A DNA stretch of 58,630 nucleotides, taken from NCBI GenBank assembly GCA_050230475.1, contig JBFLGF010000170.1, forward strand, positions 1 to 58,630, written 5' to 3'. The DNA comes from Ancylonema sp. (lineage: Eukaryota). The notes beneath the pieces are model-generated. The model searched no databases. It saw only the letters and a program-made list of their open reading frames with translations, and was not told the DNA's origin. Positions 1 through 12,137 of this stretch are shown here, piece by piece (within the stretch, counting starts at the first letter, position 1; each line of letters begins with the position of its first letter). The position numbers and the translations under genes were made by a program.

Positions 1-1620
1 CAGGTAAAAAGGCCGTGGGGTGTCGATATGTATTTAAAGATGGGAGCCGGGCTCGCGAAATCCGCAAGCGGAGCGGGATCCTACAGGGGGAAACAAAAAC
101 AACTGGTAGCCCCGTCCCCCGCTAAGCGATGGACCATTATGCTTGCGTAATACTGTTTCATTACACTTTGTATTCCGTCATTATCCCGTCCCCGTTCTCA
201 ATTCCTCTTTGTCGTTTGCAAGCTACAATTCTGTCGTTTTAGCACATCTCCCGTTCATCGTATATTTCCGCACCATCGTTGTCCTTCCGTTCCAACGTAA
301 TGTGTGACACTACGATGGACCGGGAGATGTGATTCAGATTTAGTTTGTCGTTTGTGCTACCGAATCTATCAGTTTTGTAAGGAATTCGGCAGGTGGCGGC
401 TAAGCATTGTTTAGTGCCCCGTCCCTTCCCCAGATATCGTCTGATCCCCGTTATGTCATACGATCTTTAATATTCGCTACATAATCTTTGAGTCGCAAAA
501 AAAAAAATCGGATCCGACGGACACAATCTCTCTGGTAACCATCACAATATGGTTACCATGTTTGGGACGTACCGGTAACTAGTAAGTACCTGCTTGGCAG
601 AGGAGGATTGGACCAGCAGCACCATGTGATGCTTGAACCAACCAAGACGAACTGTGATGATTTTAAACCTCTCTTTGCTGCTATTTTTCTTCGGGGACAA
701 GTGGGTTTGGCGGACTTATTATGCATAGATAGTTTGGCACAAATTAGTACGATGCACAATTCAAAAGATAAAGATCTGAAGAGATTATCAAGAGCTTTAC
801 CTCTACATAAGACCTTTCCAATAGCTTCCTTCAAGGAAAGAAAAATGACATATTCCAGTACCACTCGTCCACAATTTGGGCTAAAAAGTTCGAAGCTTTA
901 TTAGAGACCGGGCCCGGACCAAACTCCGGTCCGGATGACTTTTTGGTCCGCGGTTCATTCAACTTGGTCGAAACTTGTCATCAACTTTTTTTTCCTCCAA
1001 TCAACATCTTTGCACCTCCAAGGCGTTTCAAAGCACCAGTGTGTGGTACAAAGAGTTTGTAAACTACCATGTCCTAAGTTGTGAATTCAAGTTAAACAAG
1101 TGACCACCTAGAGCGATTGAAATGGCTTAGATTACTCATACGTCATGTATATTATATGACCTTCGTTCATCATCTTTGTCAGAAAAGAATCTTGGTGTGC
1201 TACACCATCTATTATCAATTCATGTCATCACTTTTCACTGTAGCAAATTATTCCAACTTCACAAGAACTAGTGCATGACCTTCCGTGGGCTTCCCAATAT
1301 GCCACGCATGATTGCATGTCCCTTATGGATGGTAAAACACCCTATCGCCTTAATCACCTAGAACACCTCTTACACTAAGTTTCTAGGCAAACAAGTTAAA
1401 TTGCTCTTGTTCCTTCTTATGCGCCTCTAAACTCTTTATAGTAACATACTGCCAACCCGTAATTTGACGTTGTGCATACTATTACACGTACGCTAGTGGA
1501 AGATTCATGCGTCCACTAGTTAGGATACAAAATTGGAGTACACAACGGGTTGGGCAAGGGGCGTGACACAAGAAAGCAGTCTACAAGAAAGGAAAGGGAC
1601 CTAAGTGGCAATGGATCCTC

Positions 1621-2493
1621 TCAAGAAGATTTTCTCTTTCCTTTGTCTTTCGTCACCACAACTTGATCCGATGTTGTTGGATGCAAAGCACTCGATACTT
1701 TTGTGATCTCATAGAAAATCCCTACTGAAAAAAGAATGCTGCAACAACACGCACAACCAAAGAATATGATTTTTATAAACAGACAAAGCGGGGGGGGGGG
1801 GTGAAAAGACCGATAGGCTACCTACCACTCTAGGTCAGGCACCAATTAAAGTTGTGAAACATGTTCTTCTAGTCCAGGGGCAATGAGCGCATTCTCCCAA
1901 CAAGGCCTATACATGCCAGTCGCTATACCGTACTAGCCATACATAATGACCCGGGTTTTTAACAAGGAATTGATTTCAGCTAATAAATCGACATATGACC
2001 CATCCGCGCACCCACTGGAATATCTCCCAAACTCTTGAATGTTATTGATCATCACGTGACCGACATTCTGGAATACCCATTTTGGTTTTGACAAAAAGAA
2101 AAAAATGTAATTCGACCCGCCCCGCCCTTCTCATGATTATTAGAGAGTCATTATGTGTGGTCGGTACCGTATTTACATAGCAATATAACCATGCTTGTTT
2201 AACTTATGTAGTGACATACCCCATGGTCGCTTTATTTTTTTTAGTGACATAACCATGGTGGCTTTCTCCGGCTCTCCGGGTTGTGTTGCAATCCAAACCC
2301 TTCTCTCAAGCCAAAGGGAATGGTATTGTGGAAACCACAAAGGGGAATGGTATTCTTACCATGTCGTACAACACACTCGGTGCACAAACGCCGCGGACAC
2401 CACGGCAACCGCCATCGAAAGCAACACTGCGGAACGAGATGGTGGGAGACGAGGGGCATTCCAAGGTGAGAACAACAACGAGATTCGAGGTGG

Positions 2494-2527
<34 letters not shown>

Positions 2528-3940
2528 CATTGACATCTGTATCCGAGTCACTTGGACCGGTCTTGTCAGTTCAGAGTGACATAAGTTTTTAAGTTTGTAA
2601 CTTCCGAATATCAAACATGGGTGGGTGGAGGTATAGAAGAAGCCAGATCTTGCTATCAATGATAACTTCACATAGGCAAAAAATCGATCCACCACCTGTG
2701 ACCAAAGATCCCATGACCTTGACCAAAACTAGGCTCAAGTCTCAGGTTGCTTTATATGTCACAAAGAGGCACTAGACCTCCATTCTCACAACATTATGAT
2801 TCTAAAATGGGGGGGGGGTGCCTATACAGTAGACGAGGACACCACCGTGGAGCCTCTGTTAATATTCCTTCACAGATTTTATTTTTTGTCTGGAGTCCCC
2901 GTGTCCCTTCTACTTAGTCTGACTTTTTAGAGCCAGGACGGACAAATGATAAGAGAAACCTGAACCCTATCACTCCACCTACGCGCCCCACCAGGCATGA
3001 AAAAAAATTGGCGACAAAATTTAAAGTAGTCCAGAATTTATCCCACATAAGGAAGTGACAGGGAGCTGTTCTCGTCACCCCTCCCGCTTCAGACCATCAC
3101 TCTTCCACATGAAACTTCCCAGAAATTTCTGACCGAATCATGCCACCCATCACCCGTGTCACGTACCTGTTCCCCAGCCAGTGCGGTTCCCGAGGTACTC
3201 TTGGAAATTTCCTAGAAACTGCATAAAACAACCAAACGCCACTTGGGATCTGAGCGCAGCGGTCTTTTACAGTGAATGGAGCCACGCAGGGTTCAGGGTT
3301 CAGATTCTTACTGTGAATCCGAACAGGAATAGGAGAGAGCTAACAAAACCCCCGAGAATGGTGAAAAGTTCTGTGGATGCGAATTTCTCGGCAAAACCCT
3401 GTTGGGCAGACAGGGCGATGAGGAAGAGGAGGGAGGAGTAGAACATGGAGGTCTGGGGATTGGTGAGCTTCCGAGAAGCTGCAATCAGCACGAGGGCAGG
3501 ATGGCGGGAGTGAGAGGGGAGAGGCAAGGGGGCAGTGCATTGTTATGAATATTTAGACTCTGGAGGCCTGCAGGTCGAGCTCGGAGACTCGGAAAACCAA
3601 GCACTAAAACGACAACCGCACTCTGATGCTGTCCACCAAATGAAATGGCTTTATAAAAAACACATGAATTTAGCTTCCCGCGCTCGATTGGTCTGATCCC
3701 TCGCGCTTTATACCTATATGGCAGAAAGTCACAAATACCGTCACAACTGGCGTCCTTTCGCGACCATGATACTACAGCTGACCCACACATGGAATGCCTC
3801 AGCGCCAGCCAGGAATGACCGTTTGTTACAAAGCACGAGTCACTCCTTATTTGGCATGTTTTTCAGAATTGTAGACGCTTCTACGTCGACCGATTTCTGT
3901 AAGAAATACATACAACACCTCACTCAAAATGCTTACCCAT
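1621..3940 (-). CDS. KRTCAP2: Keratinocyte-associated protein 2 / oligosaccharyltransferase subunit KCP2 (5 exons, ~135 aa)
   Basis: Exons 3940-3937 (ATG G), 3478-3312, 3218-3167, 2426-2360 and 1738-1621, all GT-AG and phase-consistent. Translation MASRKLTNPQTSMFYSSLLFLIALSAQQGFAEKFASTELFTILGGFVSSLLFLFGFT-FLGNFQEYLGNRTGWGT-VLLSMAVAVVSAAFVHRVCCTTC-ILFSVGIFYEITKVS...KGKRKSS* carries the plant KCP2 motifs (ELFTILGGF, GNFQE, HRVCxTTC) and a Lys-rich C-terminus. Confidence 0.92.
1928..2169. mobile_element. TA-flanked MITE, family 1 (pogo/Tc1-like), in KCP2 intron 4
   Basis: Imperfect TIRs CCGTACTAGCCATACATAATGAC ... GTCATTATGTGTGGTCGGTACCG, flanked by TA. Related copies at ~30690-30900 and ~42811-43039. 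Confidence 0.75.
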
Positions 3941-4701
3941 TTTCCGAAAAATGAACGCGTAAACTTCGGACCGAGATCCTTCCTCGTATTATTCCTTTTG
4001 CACGTCTTCCGCCCCTTCGAAAGATGGAAAACTACGAAGAAAACGCTACCCAGCCACACTGGATACCAATGCTGAGCTTTTTCCAGGGCTGAGCTTCTCC
4101 AAGTCAGCACGAACTTGGTGGAGGGAAACGGCAGAAGAGGCAGAAACGGACGAAATTTTGCCTGCAATGGAACGTCTGACCGGTGGGTAACCGGCATTTG
4201 CCCCGTCGACACTGAGCGGCCAGCCGTTGCGCGCAATCCATTCGCCTTGCGTTCGGGAACGAGGCGTTATAGTGCCGCTCGTGTTCGGTTACAACGAAGG
4301 TTTTTAGCATGTGTGCTGACATGGCGGTTGGGAAATAAGGGAGCAGATTGCCAGAGAAGGAAATAAGGGGGCAAATTGCCAAGCTGGCAATCTTTTTCCG
4401 GATGTGGTGGGCCAGGTCGGATGCAGAGATTCGTGCTTGAAGCCCAAGTTTGTGGCAGACGAGGACAAAGTTTTAAGTACCAGGGGCAGCATATCCGCCC
4501 CGAGCAGGAGTCTTGGAACGGTTTACGCATTTCTTGCTTACCACGCTGGGACCGGGAGTGGCATATCATTTTGTTAGGAAAAGCCCTGCATCCTTGAAAG
4601 ATCGGCAGGCATTTTCAGCGCTCCGATTCTGTACCCACTCTCCATGCTTTCACTGGTTCCACTTCCATTGTAATTTTTTTATCTGTTTTGAACCTCTTGA
4701 G
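3941..4701. promoter_or_regulatory. Putative bidirectional promoter between divergent KCP2 and Deltex-like genes
   Basis: Start codons at 3940 (-) and 4702 (+) are only ~760 bp apart, head to head. Confidence 0.5.
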
Positions 4702-7700
4702 ATGGCAGTGCAGTATGTGAACCCTGTTTGGGAATGGGCGGATGACCATAACCACTGGGCAGAGTTCGACCCCAGTTGCGCTGTCATTTTAGAAAGCGGC
4801 TATACCTCTGGCACAAACACCATTCGCCTATCTCTCTCACCGTTTGATACAGCTCTTGCATACGACGTCTACTTTATCTCTCGAGATGGCTTCCAGGTAC
4901 AGTCTCGGCAAGTGTTTATTGAACAGATTGTAAAAAAATACCTTTCAGCTTCCGACAAAAGTTGTATCAAGCCAATAGCTAATGCATGACCCTCAGATGT
5001 CCCTCTTGATACTCAGTCCTCATTGCAGCCTTTACCACATCGTTAATGCTGACATCTGCAAGGAATCTGTGTGTACATACGGTAATAGTTACATCGACTT
5101 CATTCTAACGCCATCAGTCCAAGAATGGTTTGTTTTTTTTCGTTGTTTTTTGCTTTGAGATGCTGTACCCTTGCTTTTGTGTAAACACTTAATTTGACGA
5201 TATCATTACGAGAGCGCCTCCTTTCTAAATCTTCTCATTCTCGGACAGCCTGTAGCTCTGTAGCTTCTATTGAACCTCTCTGCTGCAGACACTATAGGTT
5301 ATAGTTTATGATCTATAGTTATAGTCTCCTGTCCATGATCGCAGTTCTGTTACTTCACTGGCATGGCCCTCTCATCTTTACAAGTTGCTGCCAGATTAAA
5401 ACAAGTTACAATATGGTTTGCCCTCCAGTCTCCAACGCAACAACCAGCTGTGCGCAGGGATAGAATATCAGGATATTTGTATGGTGATCTTCTACATGCC
5501 ATGTGGCAGCTAGAGGTCTTATTCACATGCCATGTGGCAGCTAGAGGTCGTTTTCACGTCCCATGTGGCAGCTAGAGGTCGTTTACACGTCCCATGTGGC
5601 AGCTAGGGGTCTTATTCACATGCCACCATGTTTTTGTGCCCCTCCACTCACTGTCTCAAGTACACCCCCCATGGCCACGCCAATCATTGGCTGGTTAAGT
5701 GTAAGAAATGAAAGAGCCATTGGTTCTATGTTCTGGACCAGAATGTCAAAATACTTCTAGAAGACAGCTTCCTGCTTCGGAAACACAGAGACCATGTCCA
5801 GACCATGCCACGTCAGCAGCATATCCACTGCCAAGGCCCAATTTCAACCAAACACCAAATCGATTCTTCCCATGTCCCCCTTTCCCTCCTCCCTCTTTAG
5901 AGGAACGAAACAAGCAACGGGGCAGAGGAGACACTGACCCGAACGCACAACCCGCCCTCTGCCCCCGTCTGGTCGTACACCGCCCCTACAGGCGCTCAGC
6001 ACACCTACCCCCCAGCCGTCTCCTCCGTGATCGAGTCGAAACACCTAGAGGCGCAGAGTTCCAGGGCCCAGAACCGGGCCCTGGGCCTGGCCGGTTTTTC
6101 CGCGACCATCAACGGTCAGCTGTACTCTATCTCGTTCGCCACGGAGGGCTATCAGGTTAACCGTAGCAGCAGTCGCAAGCGGGGCATCCGGCGCAGGGCG
6201 GGGCCACATGTGGAGGGGAACACGGTTGGGGGGGCGGGGGCGGTGGCGGTCCTGAGCTTTGACCCTGAGGTGTGCTTTGTGGTAGTGGAGAGATTGGAGA
6301 AGAAAACAGACTGCGCTGTTTGCTTTGAACCTATCGATGTCGAGATTGAAGGAGACAAGAAGGAGGAGGAGGAGGAGGAGGGGGAGGAGGAGGGGGAGGA
6401 GGAGGGGGAGGAGGAGGGGGAGGAGGAGAAGGGAGAGGAGGGGAAGCCAACGGAACCCCCCCCCCCTCCTGTCTCCCTCATCTCCTACTTGGCTTCCGCT
6501 GCCATGTCAGCAATCCGTGCTGCCACGACATCATCGTCTGCCACCTCAGCCGCCGCCTCAGCTGCCACCCCAGCTGCCACCTCAGCCGCCGCCCCGTCCG
6601 CAGACACGGACATGCGGTGCGTGAAGCTGTCTCAGTGCATCCACGTGTACCACCGCGGATGCATCCAGAAGTGGTTTGAGAAACGCCCCTCCTGCCCCGA
6701 ATGCCTGACCTCCTATGGCGTGTACAGGGGCACTCAGCCCAGGGAGGGAGCGAGCATGGGTGTGAGTGTTAAGAAGTGGAAGGCGGAGTACGGATTGGAG
6801 AGGTTTGAGGGGTTGGCCGTGATCGAAATCCGTTACTGCTTTGCCAACGGGATTCAGGTCAGTAGGCGGGCCCCGCGCCTCTGCGTGTGATAAGTGTGCT
6901 TATGTAAGGAGAGTCAAACCCCGAATACAAGGACAGTCAAACACTTCGAGAAAAAGTCGGTGTTGGGAAGCTTCCGTCCAGAGCACAGAGTGGTGGAGGA
7001 CTTCGTGGGTGATACGAATCTTGTCCCTAAAACAGGGGTGGGAAAAAAAAAAAAAAAAAACACAGAAAAAAACAAGGATCAGAAGCAGGAGAAGAAAGAA
7101 TGTGGGGAAGGAAGAATGAAAAGAAGAAAGAAAGAAAGAGATAAAGAAAGAAAAAAGGAAAGAAAGAAAGAAGGACAGAAGGAAAGAAAGAAAGAAGGAA
7201 AGAAAGAAATGAACAAATAAATAAAAAGAGAAGAAAAATAGAGACAGAATGTAAGTGAGATGTGAGAGAGCAACTACTCATTCCAAAAAGTCCACTCAGG
7301 GATTGGAGCATCCGAAGCCCGGACTTCCGTACAAAGGCACCACTCGCGTCGCGTACCTTCCGAATCACGCGGAGGGGAAGGAGGTGTTAGCACTGCTCAA
7401 AATCGCGTGGGAACGCCGTCTGGTCTTCACCGTAGGGCAGTCAGTGACGACTGGGAGGGATGACAGCGTAATGTAAGACGGGGGCGAGCTGAGAGGCAGG
7501 GCAGGGGAGGGAGGGGGGGTTGGGGCTTCATAGAAGTACTAATCTCCGTTATTAAAGTTTCTTTATATACTTCCATACATATAGGTTCTTATATACACCT
7601 CCAGATGTATAGCTTCTGTATGGACCTCCACCAAAATAGCTTTTCTGTCAACCTTCAGAAATATAACTTTTGTATGTATCTTTATCGATATAACTTGTCC

Positions 7701-8454
7701 ATATACCTCCATCATTATAGCTCTGATATGTTTATCCATAAATATAGCTTTGATACATTCCGTATACATGTCATCCTATTGCTATGAGGCTAATTTAAAG
7801 CTTTTGTATTATATACGAAAACGAAGCACAAACACCATGTTTCTGGATTTACTCAACATCGAATCATTATATTTTTATTTTGACTCCAGGTTTAGAAGTT
7901 ATGTGGTCTGGTCACAAGCTGGCTGGCGCGGATGCTTCTGCATTCACGGGAGCTGCAATAAATCCATTTCCGATTAATATTTCGCATGTATGTACACCGG
8001 TGGTGTTTGGCTGGCTGATCCGGCTGACACCATCTGGTAGTTTGGTTGGTTGGTTGGTTGATTGATTGATCGGTTGGCTAGTTGGTTGATTTGTCGGTTG
8101 GTTGATTTAGCGGTTGGTTGGTTGGTTGATTGACTGGTTTGTTGGTTGGTTGGTTGGCTGGTTGGTTGGTGGGCAGCTGGAATGGGATTCACCACAAAAC
8201 ATCCATGAGTGGAGGAGTGCCAAAATATGGATATGTGAGTGGACTCGGAAGGAGGGCAGGGGAAGGGGGACGGGGGCTGGGGCTGGGAGGTGAATGGTGG
8301 GTTTAAGGGATCGCCGATTATTACTTGTATTTTGGGCAAGGAATGACATTACTGACGTCGCTTCCTTTTCTTTTCTTGTGTCGATCAGCCGGACGAGACA
8401 TACTTTGCTCGGGTCAAAGGAGAGTTGTCAGACCTTGGGGTCCGGATCCCCTAA
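4702..8454 (+). CDS. Deltex-family E3 ubiquitin ligase (WWE-WWE-RING-H2-Deltex C-terminal domain; 5 exons, ~482 aa)
   Basis: Exons 4702-4896, 5901-6857, 7300-7472, 8177-8234 and 8389-8454 splice in frame. WWE1 [20 protein letters not shown]2 PVWSYTAP...[32 protein letters not shown]...CIHVYHRGC...CPEC followed by [12 protein letters not shown] motifs [33 protein letters not shown]...[51 protein letters not shown]. Confidence 0.93.
5492..5625. repeat. ~31-bp minisatellite x4 in Deltex intron 1
   Basis: Core CCATGTGGCAGCTAG(A/G)GGTC repeated four times in tandem. Confidence 0.9.
8041..8170 (+). repeat. (TTGG)n microsatellite directly upstream of the Deltex exon 4 acceptor
   Basis: Imperfect TTGG/TTGA array ending just before the AG at 8175-8176. 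Confidence 0.9.
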
Positions 8455-9811
8455 TTCATGCTAGGATATGATCATGGGCGGGATTCGATGGGTGTACTTG
8501 GTTGGGGTCGATGTATCTACCTGTGATCGACAATGTAGAATGTTGCTGAGTCCATGCCCAAATTGAGTCCTTTCGGGAACGGATGGTGGAAACACATGTT
8601 GTTTTATGTAAATAAACTCATGTTAGATGTTAATCGAGTTATGTGTTTTGTATTTTGTCCTCCGGGTTCGCTGTAACGACACCATAATTTAGGGGGGGGG
8701 GTTTTTTTTGTGTTCAACTCTTCAAACTTGTGCATGTACAAAGACTTGAAGAGATGTATGCTAGGTGTGTCGAAAGTAGGGAAGATATACCTTATGACGA
8801 AGAAGTGGGAGGCAAATTAAGACGGAAAACATTGGGTCATTCAAAGATATCTCAGGTAGTGAGGCGAAACAAACGATGTAATATAAAACTGGGGAAAGAG
8901 CGTAACTTGTACAATCTGTATCGGATTTGAAAATCTGGTCCACACTGTTGTATTCTTTGTCTTGGTTTTCTCGTAGCACGGAAGAGAGAGTTCCTTGTGA
9001 GTTTATCTTTATTTTTCGTGCAGCTATAAGAAAATAACGAGTCTTTTACTACGAAGTCGGGGGATTTCCACTTATGTGCTTTGGTGTGAACGACATGTGT
9101 GTCACTTCTATGGAGTTAGAGTTGACAGAGGGCAAACATACAGTGACAATTTCACGCTGAATTCCATGTAGTCTTTTACCAAAGTCGACAAAAGAAGTCA
9201 CGTGATGAATGTGGTAGTGCATGTATTGGTGTGTAGTTTCAAGTAACAATATAAGTTTTTCGAACCGGCCGGACCGGGTTCCAAGGTCCCGACCTCGGAC
9301 CAGGGTCCGTTTCTGGAGGCGAAAAGCCTCGGATCCAGGATTGTAGGGTACTTTTCAATATTTTTTCGAGGTGTAGAAAGCTTAAAAATAATATACAAAT
9401 AATCAGTGCAGAATATCATAAGATTATTCATCAAGAGGGGCCTCACAGCATAGAAGAAACCCGTTATAGATGAGGTTCCCTTCGTGCTTCATTCCACAAA
9501 TCTCTTTTTTTCGTAGTACTAAAAAAAACTATATAAATTGATAATGTTGGGACCGGAAAAAAAACACACTAATTGAGACATTACAAATTTACCTTTTTAC
9601 TCGTCATATTTTTCCAAATAAGGCGGAAGATTTTCCACTATATTAGGCAGCTTCTTAATTTGCACTAATATAATTAAGACATGTAGTAGAAATCGGTTTT
9701 TATTTTTCATCGATTTTCTCCCAACGTGGTGTTCTATCCAGGTAATCAGGCGGGGAAGCCGAGATAAAAGTTTCAAATAGTTAATTGTTTCTCACATCGA
9801 CGTTTCCTGCA

Positions 9812-10462
9812 CACTAAAATCTCGATATGAGAAACTCCGTTATAAGAAACTCTTAAATGTAAGAAACTGTTTTGCGATTTTTGCAATTTTACGTCCGAAA
9901 TGTGATATGTGTAAGAAGAAGAACTAATGATGAAGGAAGCACGATGAGAAACTCACTCAAAGTACAACGAAGAAAACCAGAAGCCTAGAAACACCTAGGA
10001 GGGCAATTAAAGTTCAAACCGAAGTTCTACTAGAGGAACCAAAGTTCTAGGGGAACGGAGCTACCACACAAAACTCTACCGCCGTAATCATTGCGCGCTT
10101 GGGGGGGGGGGGCTGTTCTAAACGTAATGTCCAAAGCGGTCTTTGGCATGTGCCAAAGACCGCTGCAAAGCAACCGAAGCACGTTGACGATACCATGACA
10201 CTGACAAACTCGGCTGGTGCCTCGACATGGGTTAGAAACATTCGCTATAAGAAATTTTCAGGTTTCTTATTATCGCCATCTGAGTGTTCATTCAATCCCC
10301 GATATGAGAAACCTAAAAAAAACCGTTAAAATATTTTCTTACAGCGAATTTTCCTACATCAATCACATTGTGAGTGTAAAAACGCAAAAAAATAAATTGC
10401 AAAATGGTTTTTAATAGCGAAGAGTTTCTTATAACGAAGTATCTTATATCGAGGGTTGTGTG
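9812..10462. mobile_element. Non-autonomous pogo/Tigger-like MITE (~650 bp)
   Basis: ~40-bp imperfect TIRs: left CACTAAAATCTCGATATGAGAAACTCCGTTATAAGAAACT; right reverse complement CACACAACCCTCGATATAAGATACTTCGTTATAAGAAACT, followed by TA. Internal TAAGAAA/TGAGAAA sub-repeats. Confidence 0.7.
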
Positions 10463-10940
10463 TATCAGAGTTTGCGTGCAGTAACTTTGAATTGGTCGCG
10501 CGGCGGCGGGGACCAATTCTATCCCGTTTGCGTTGGAGACGTACGGTGCTCTTTTCGATGCAAGCAATCGGTGGTTGGTGGATTGTGCTCACCGTGCGGC
10601 GCAGCTAAATGGGCGACTTGGGCGAAATGGGAGTTTGCTAGTTACTTGGTTTCGGCAGAAAGATTCTGTTGCGTTACAACGTTCTCTAGCACATGCAATC
10701 CATGCTAGGACGTTGCGATTGGAGCAGGGTATGGCTCTCTTACCCCCCCCCCCCTTCGCGGGTGTCATTGAAGTCAGCAGAGTTAAGGATTGTTGCTCGG
10801 CTGTTTTAGGGGTGGGTTTGCTTTCCTTCTTCTGTTCCGTTAGGATCTTGAAATAACGTTGATCTTGTACTCAGATGGGGTTCCCATCGTGCTTTAACAA
10901 AATGCGTCTTTTCTTCTTCAATTCCATATGGGATTTGAGC

Positions 10941-11032
10941 ATAGTTGGCTCCGCCCCGATTTTCGCCCCGAGCGAGCCCGTCCCGAGCGGCGCTCCGGCT
11001 GGAAAAAAATCGCCCGGAGCGGAGCCAAGTAT
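10941..11032. repeat. Short inverted repeat / mini-MITE upstream of the glycosyltransferase ORF
   Basis: ATAGTTGGCTCCGCCCCG ... CGGAGCGGAGCCAAGTAT (16/18 complementary). Confidence 0.6.
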
Positions 11033-11180
11033 TTTTTTGAGGGCTCCAAGTTCGATGAAGCGCGTCCCAGAAGAAACTCGCGGGGAGTCGATCCAGATAT
11101 GCGAAGTTATGATGAGGAGACGACACCTTGAGCTGCATGGAGGTTGACGTAGGCCGGGTCAGAAGGCGGCTCAAGTGGGG

Positions 11181-12137
11181 ATGAGTCGTGATGACTCGGT
11201 TGCGGATGTTTCAGAGTTTGTGACTGCTATATTAACTACAAGCCCTGTGCAATCACATCCTTCCACGTACCTCATTGAGTCTGCTTTCGAGAGTTTTAAG
11301 GAAGTACCAGCCCTTCAGCTGTGCCGGAAGATCGTTGTCTTTGACGGTTATGATGTCCACTCGGTTAAAAATGAGAAGAGGGGCCGAATTTCTAGTGAAA
11401 TGTCGGCGAATTACCAGGAGTATATTGCTCGCGTGAAAATCCTCATAGATTCTCATCCTGCTTTCGAAAACACGAGCTTCTTGATACTTGAAGAACGCAA
11501 TGGCTTTGGTTTCGCTGTCAAGGCAGCCTTGGAAACGGTAACAACGCCATACGTCCTGATCTTACAACATGATTTTGTCTTCTGCCAGCATGTCAATTTA
11601 CCTGCCCTTGTAAGAGTTCTGAACACCCATTCTGTAATCAAGTACATAGGTGTCCTGTCCGCTTCTACGGAAAAGTATGCCTGCGCTCGGTCACATGGAC
11701 CTCAGACGCACGTAATTCTTCCCACGGAGTTCTTTGATGGCGAGCCATTCGTAAAACTCATGTTCTTGTATGACAAGGCTCATCTTGCACGAGTCGAATA
11801 TAATGTGGCCCAAGTTTTTGGGCCGCGGACATGCATCAGGAAGGGGCAGTTTATAGAAGACACCTTCGGCCACTGGGAGTTGAAAAAGTTGATGCTCGAA
11901 GGCTTGTCTGCTCACGTCCGATTTGGAACGTACCTTTGGTATCCAAACGATGGGGCTGCCCGATGTATACAGCATCTGCAGGGAAGGAAATTTCACGTAG
12001 ATGAAGTCAAGGACGCTCTGTATCCCGAGAGACTGGCAGAGTTCAGGAAACAGAATAAACAGTCTTTAAAGCGTATGGATTTAGGGAACAACGAGGGAGT
12101 GCGTGCAACGTCTAATGCTGCTTCAGTGAAGGCGTAG
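11181..12137 (+). CDS. Intronless GT-A-fold (GT2-like) nucleotide-diphospho-sugar transferase, 318 aa
   Basis: Single uninterrupted ORF with N-terminal strand VTAILTTSP, KIVVFDG, NGFGFAVKAALETVTTPYVLILQHD. This matches the GT-A 'N.G...A...AL...tpyvlflDxD' pattern, with QHD at the DxD position. Confidence 0.7.
   Translation: MSRDDSVADVSEFVTAILTTSPVQSHPSTYLIESAFESFKEVPALQLCRKIVVFDGYDVHSVKNEKRGRISSEMSANYQEYIARVKILIDSHPAFENTSFLILEERNGFGFAVKAALETVTTPYVLILQHDFVFCQHVNLPALVRVLNTHSVIKYIGVLSASTEKYACARSHGPQTHVILPTEFFDGEPFVKLMFLYDKAHLARVEYNVAQVFGPRTCIRKGQFIEDTFGHWELKKLMLEGLSAHVRFGTYLWYPNDGAARCIQHLQGRKFHVDEVKDALYPERLAEFRKQNKQSLKRMDLGNNEGVRATSNAASVKA

Noticed and set aside
1..960. Short ORFs and CCCGTCCC motifs at the window start
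   Set aside because: No recognisable protein motif or definable element boundaries.
5492..5625. Regularly spaced repeats as a possible CRISPR array
   Set aside because: Units are head-to-tail without unique spacers, there are no cas genes, and the context is a eukaryotic intron.
6894..7273. Lys/Glu-rich and Phe/Ser-rich ORFs
   Set aside because: They come from (GAAA)n and poly-A tracts in Deltex intron 2.
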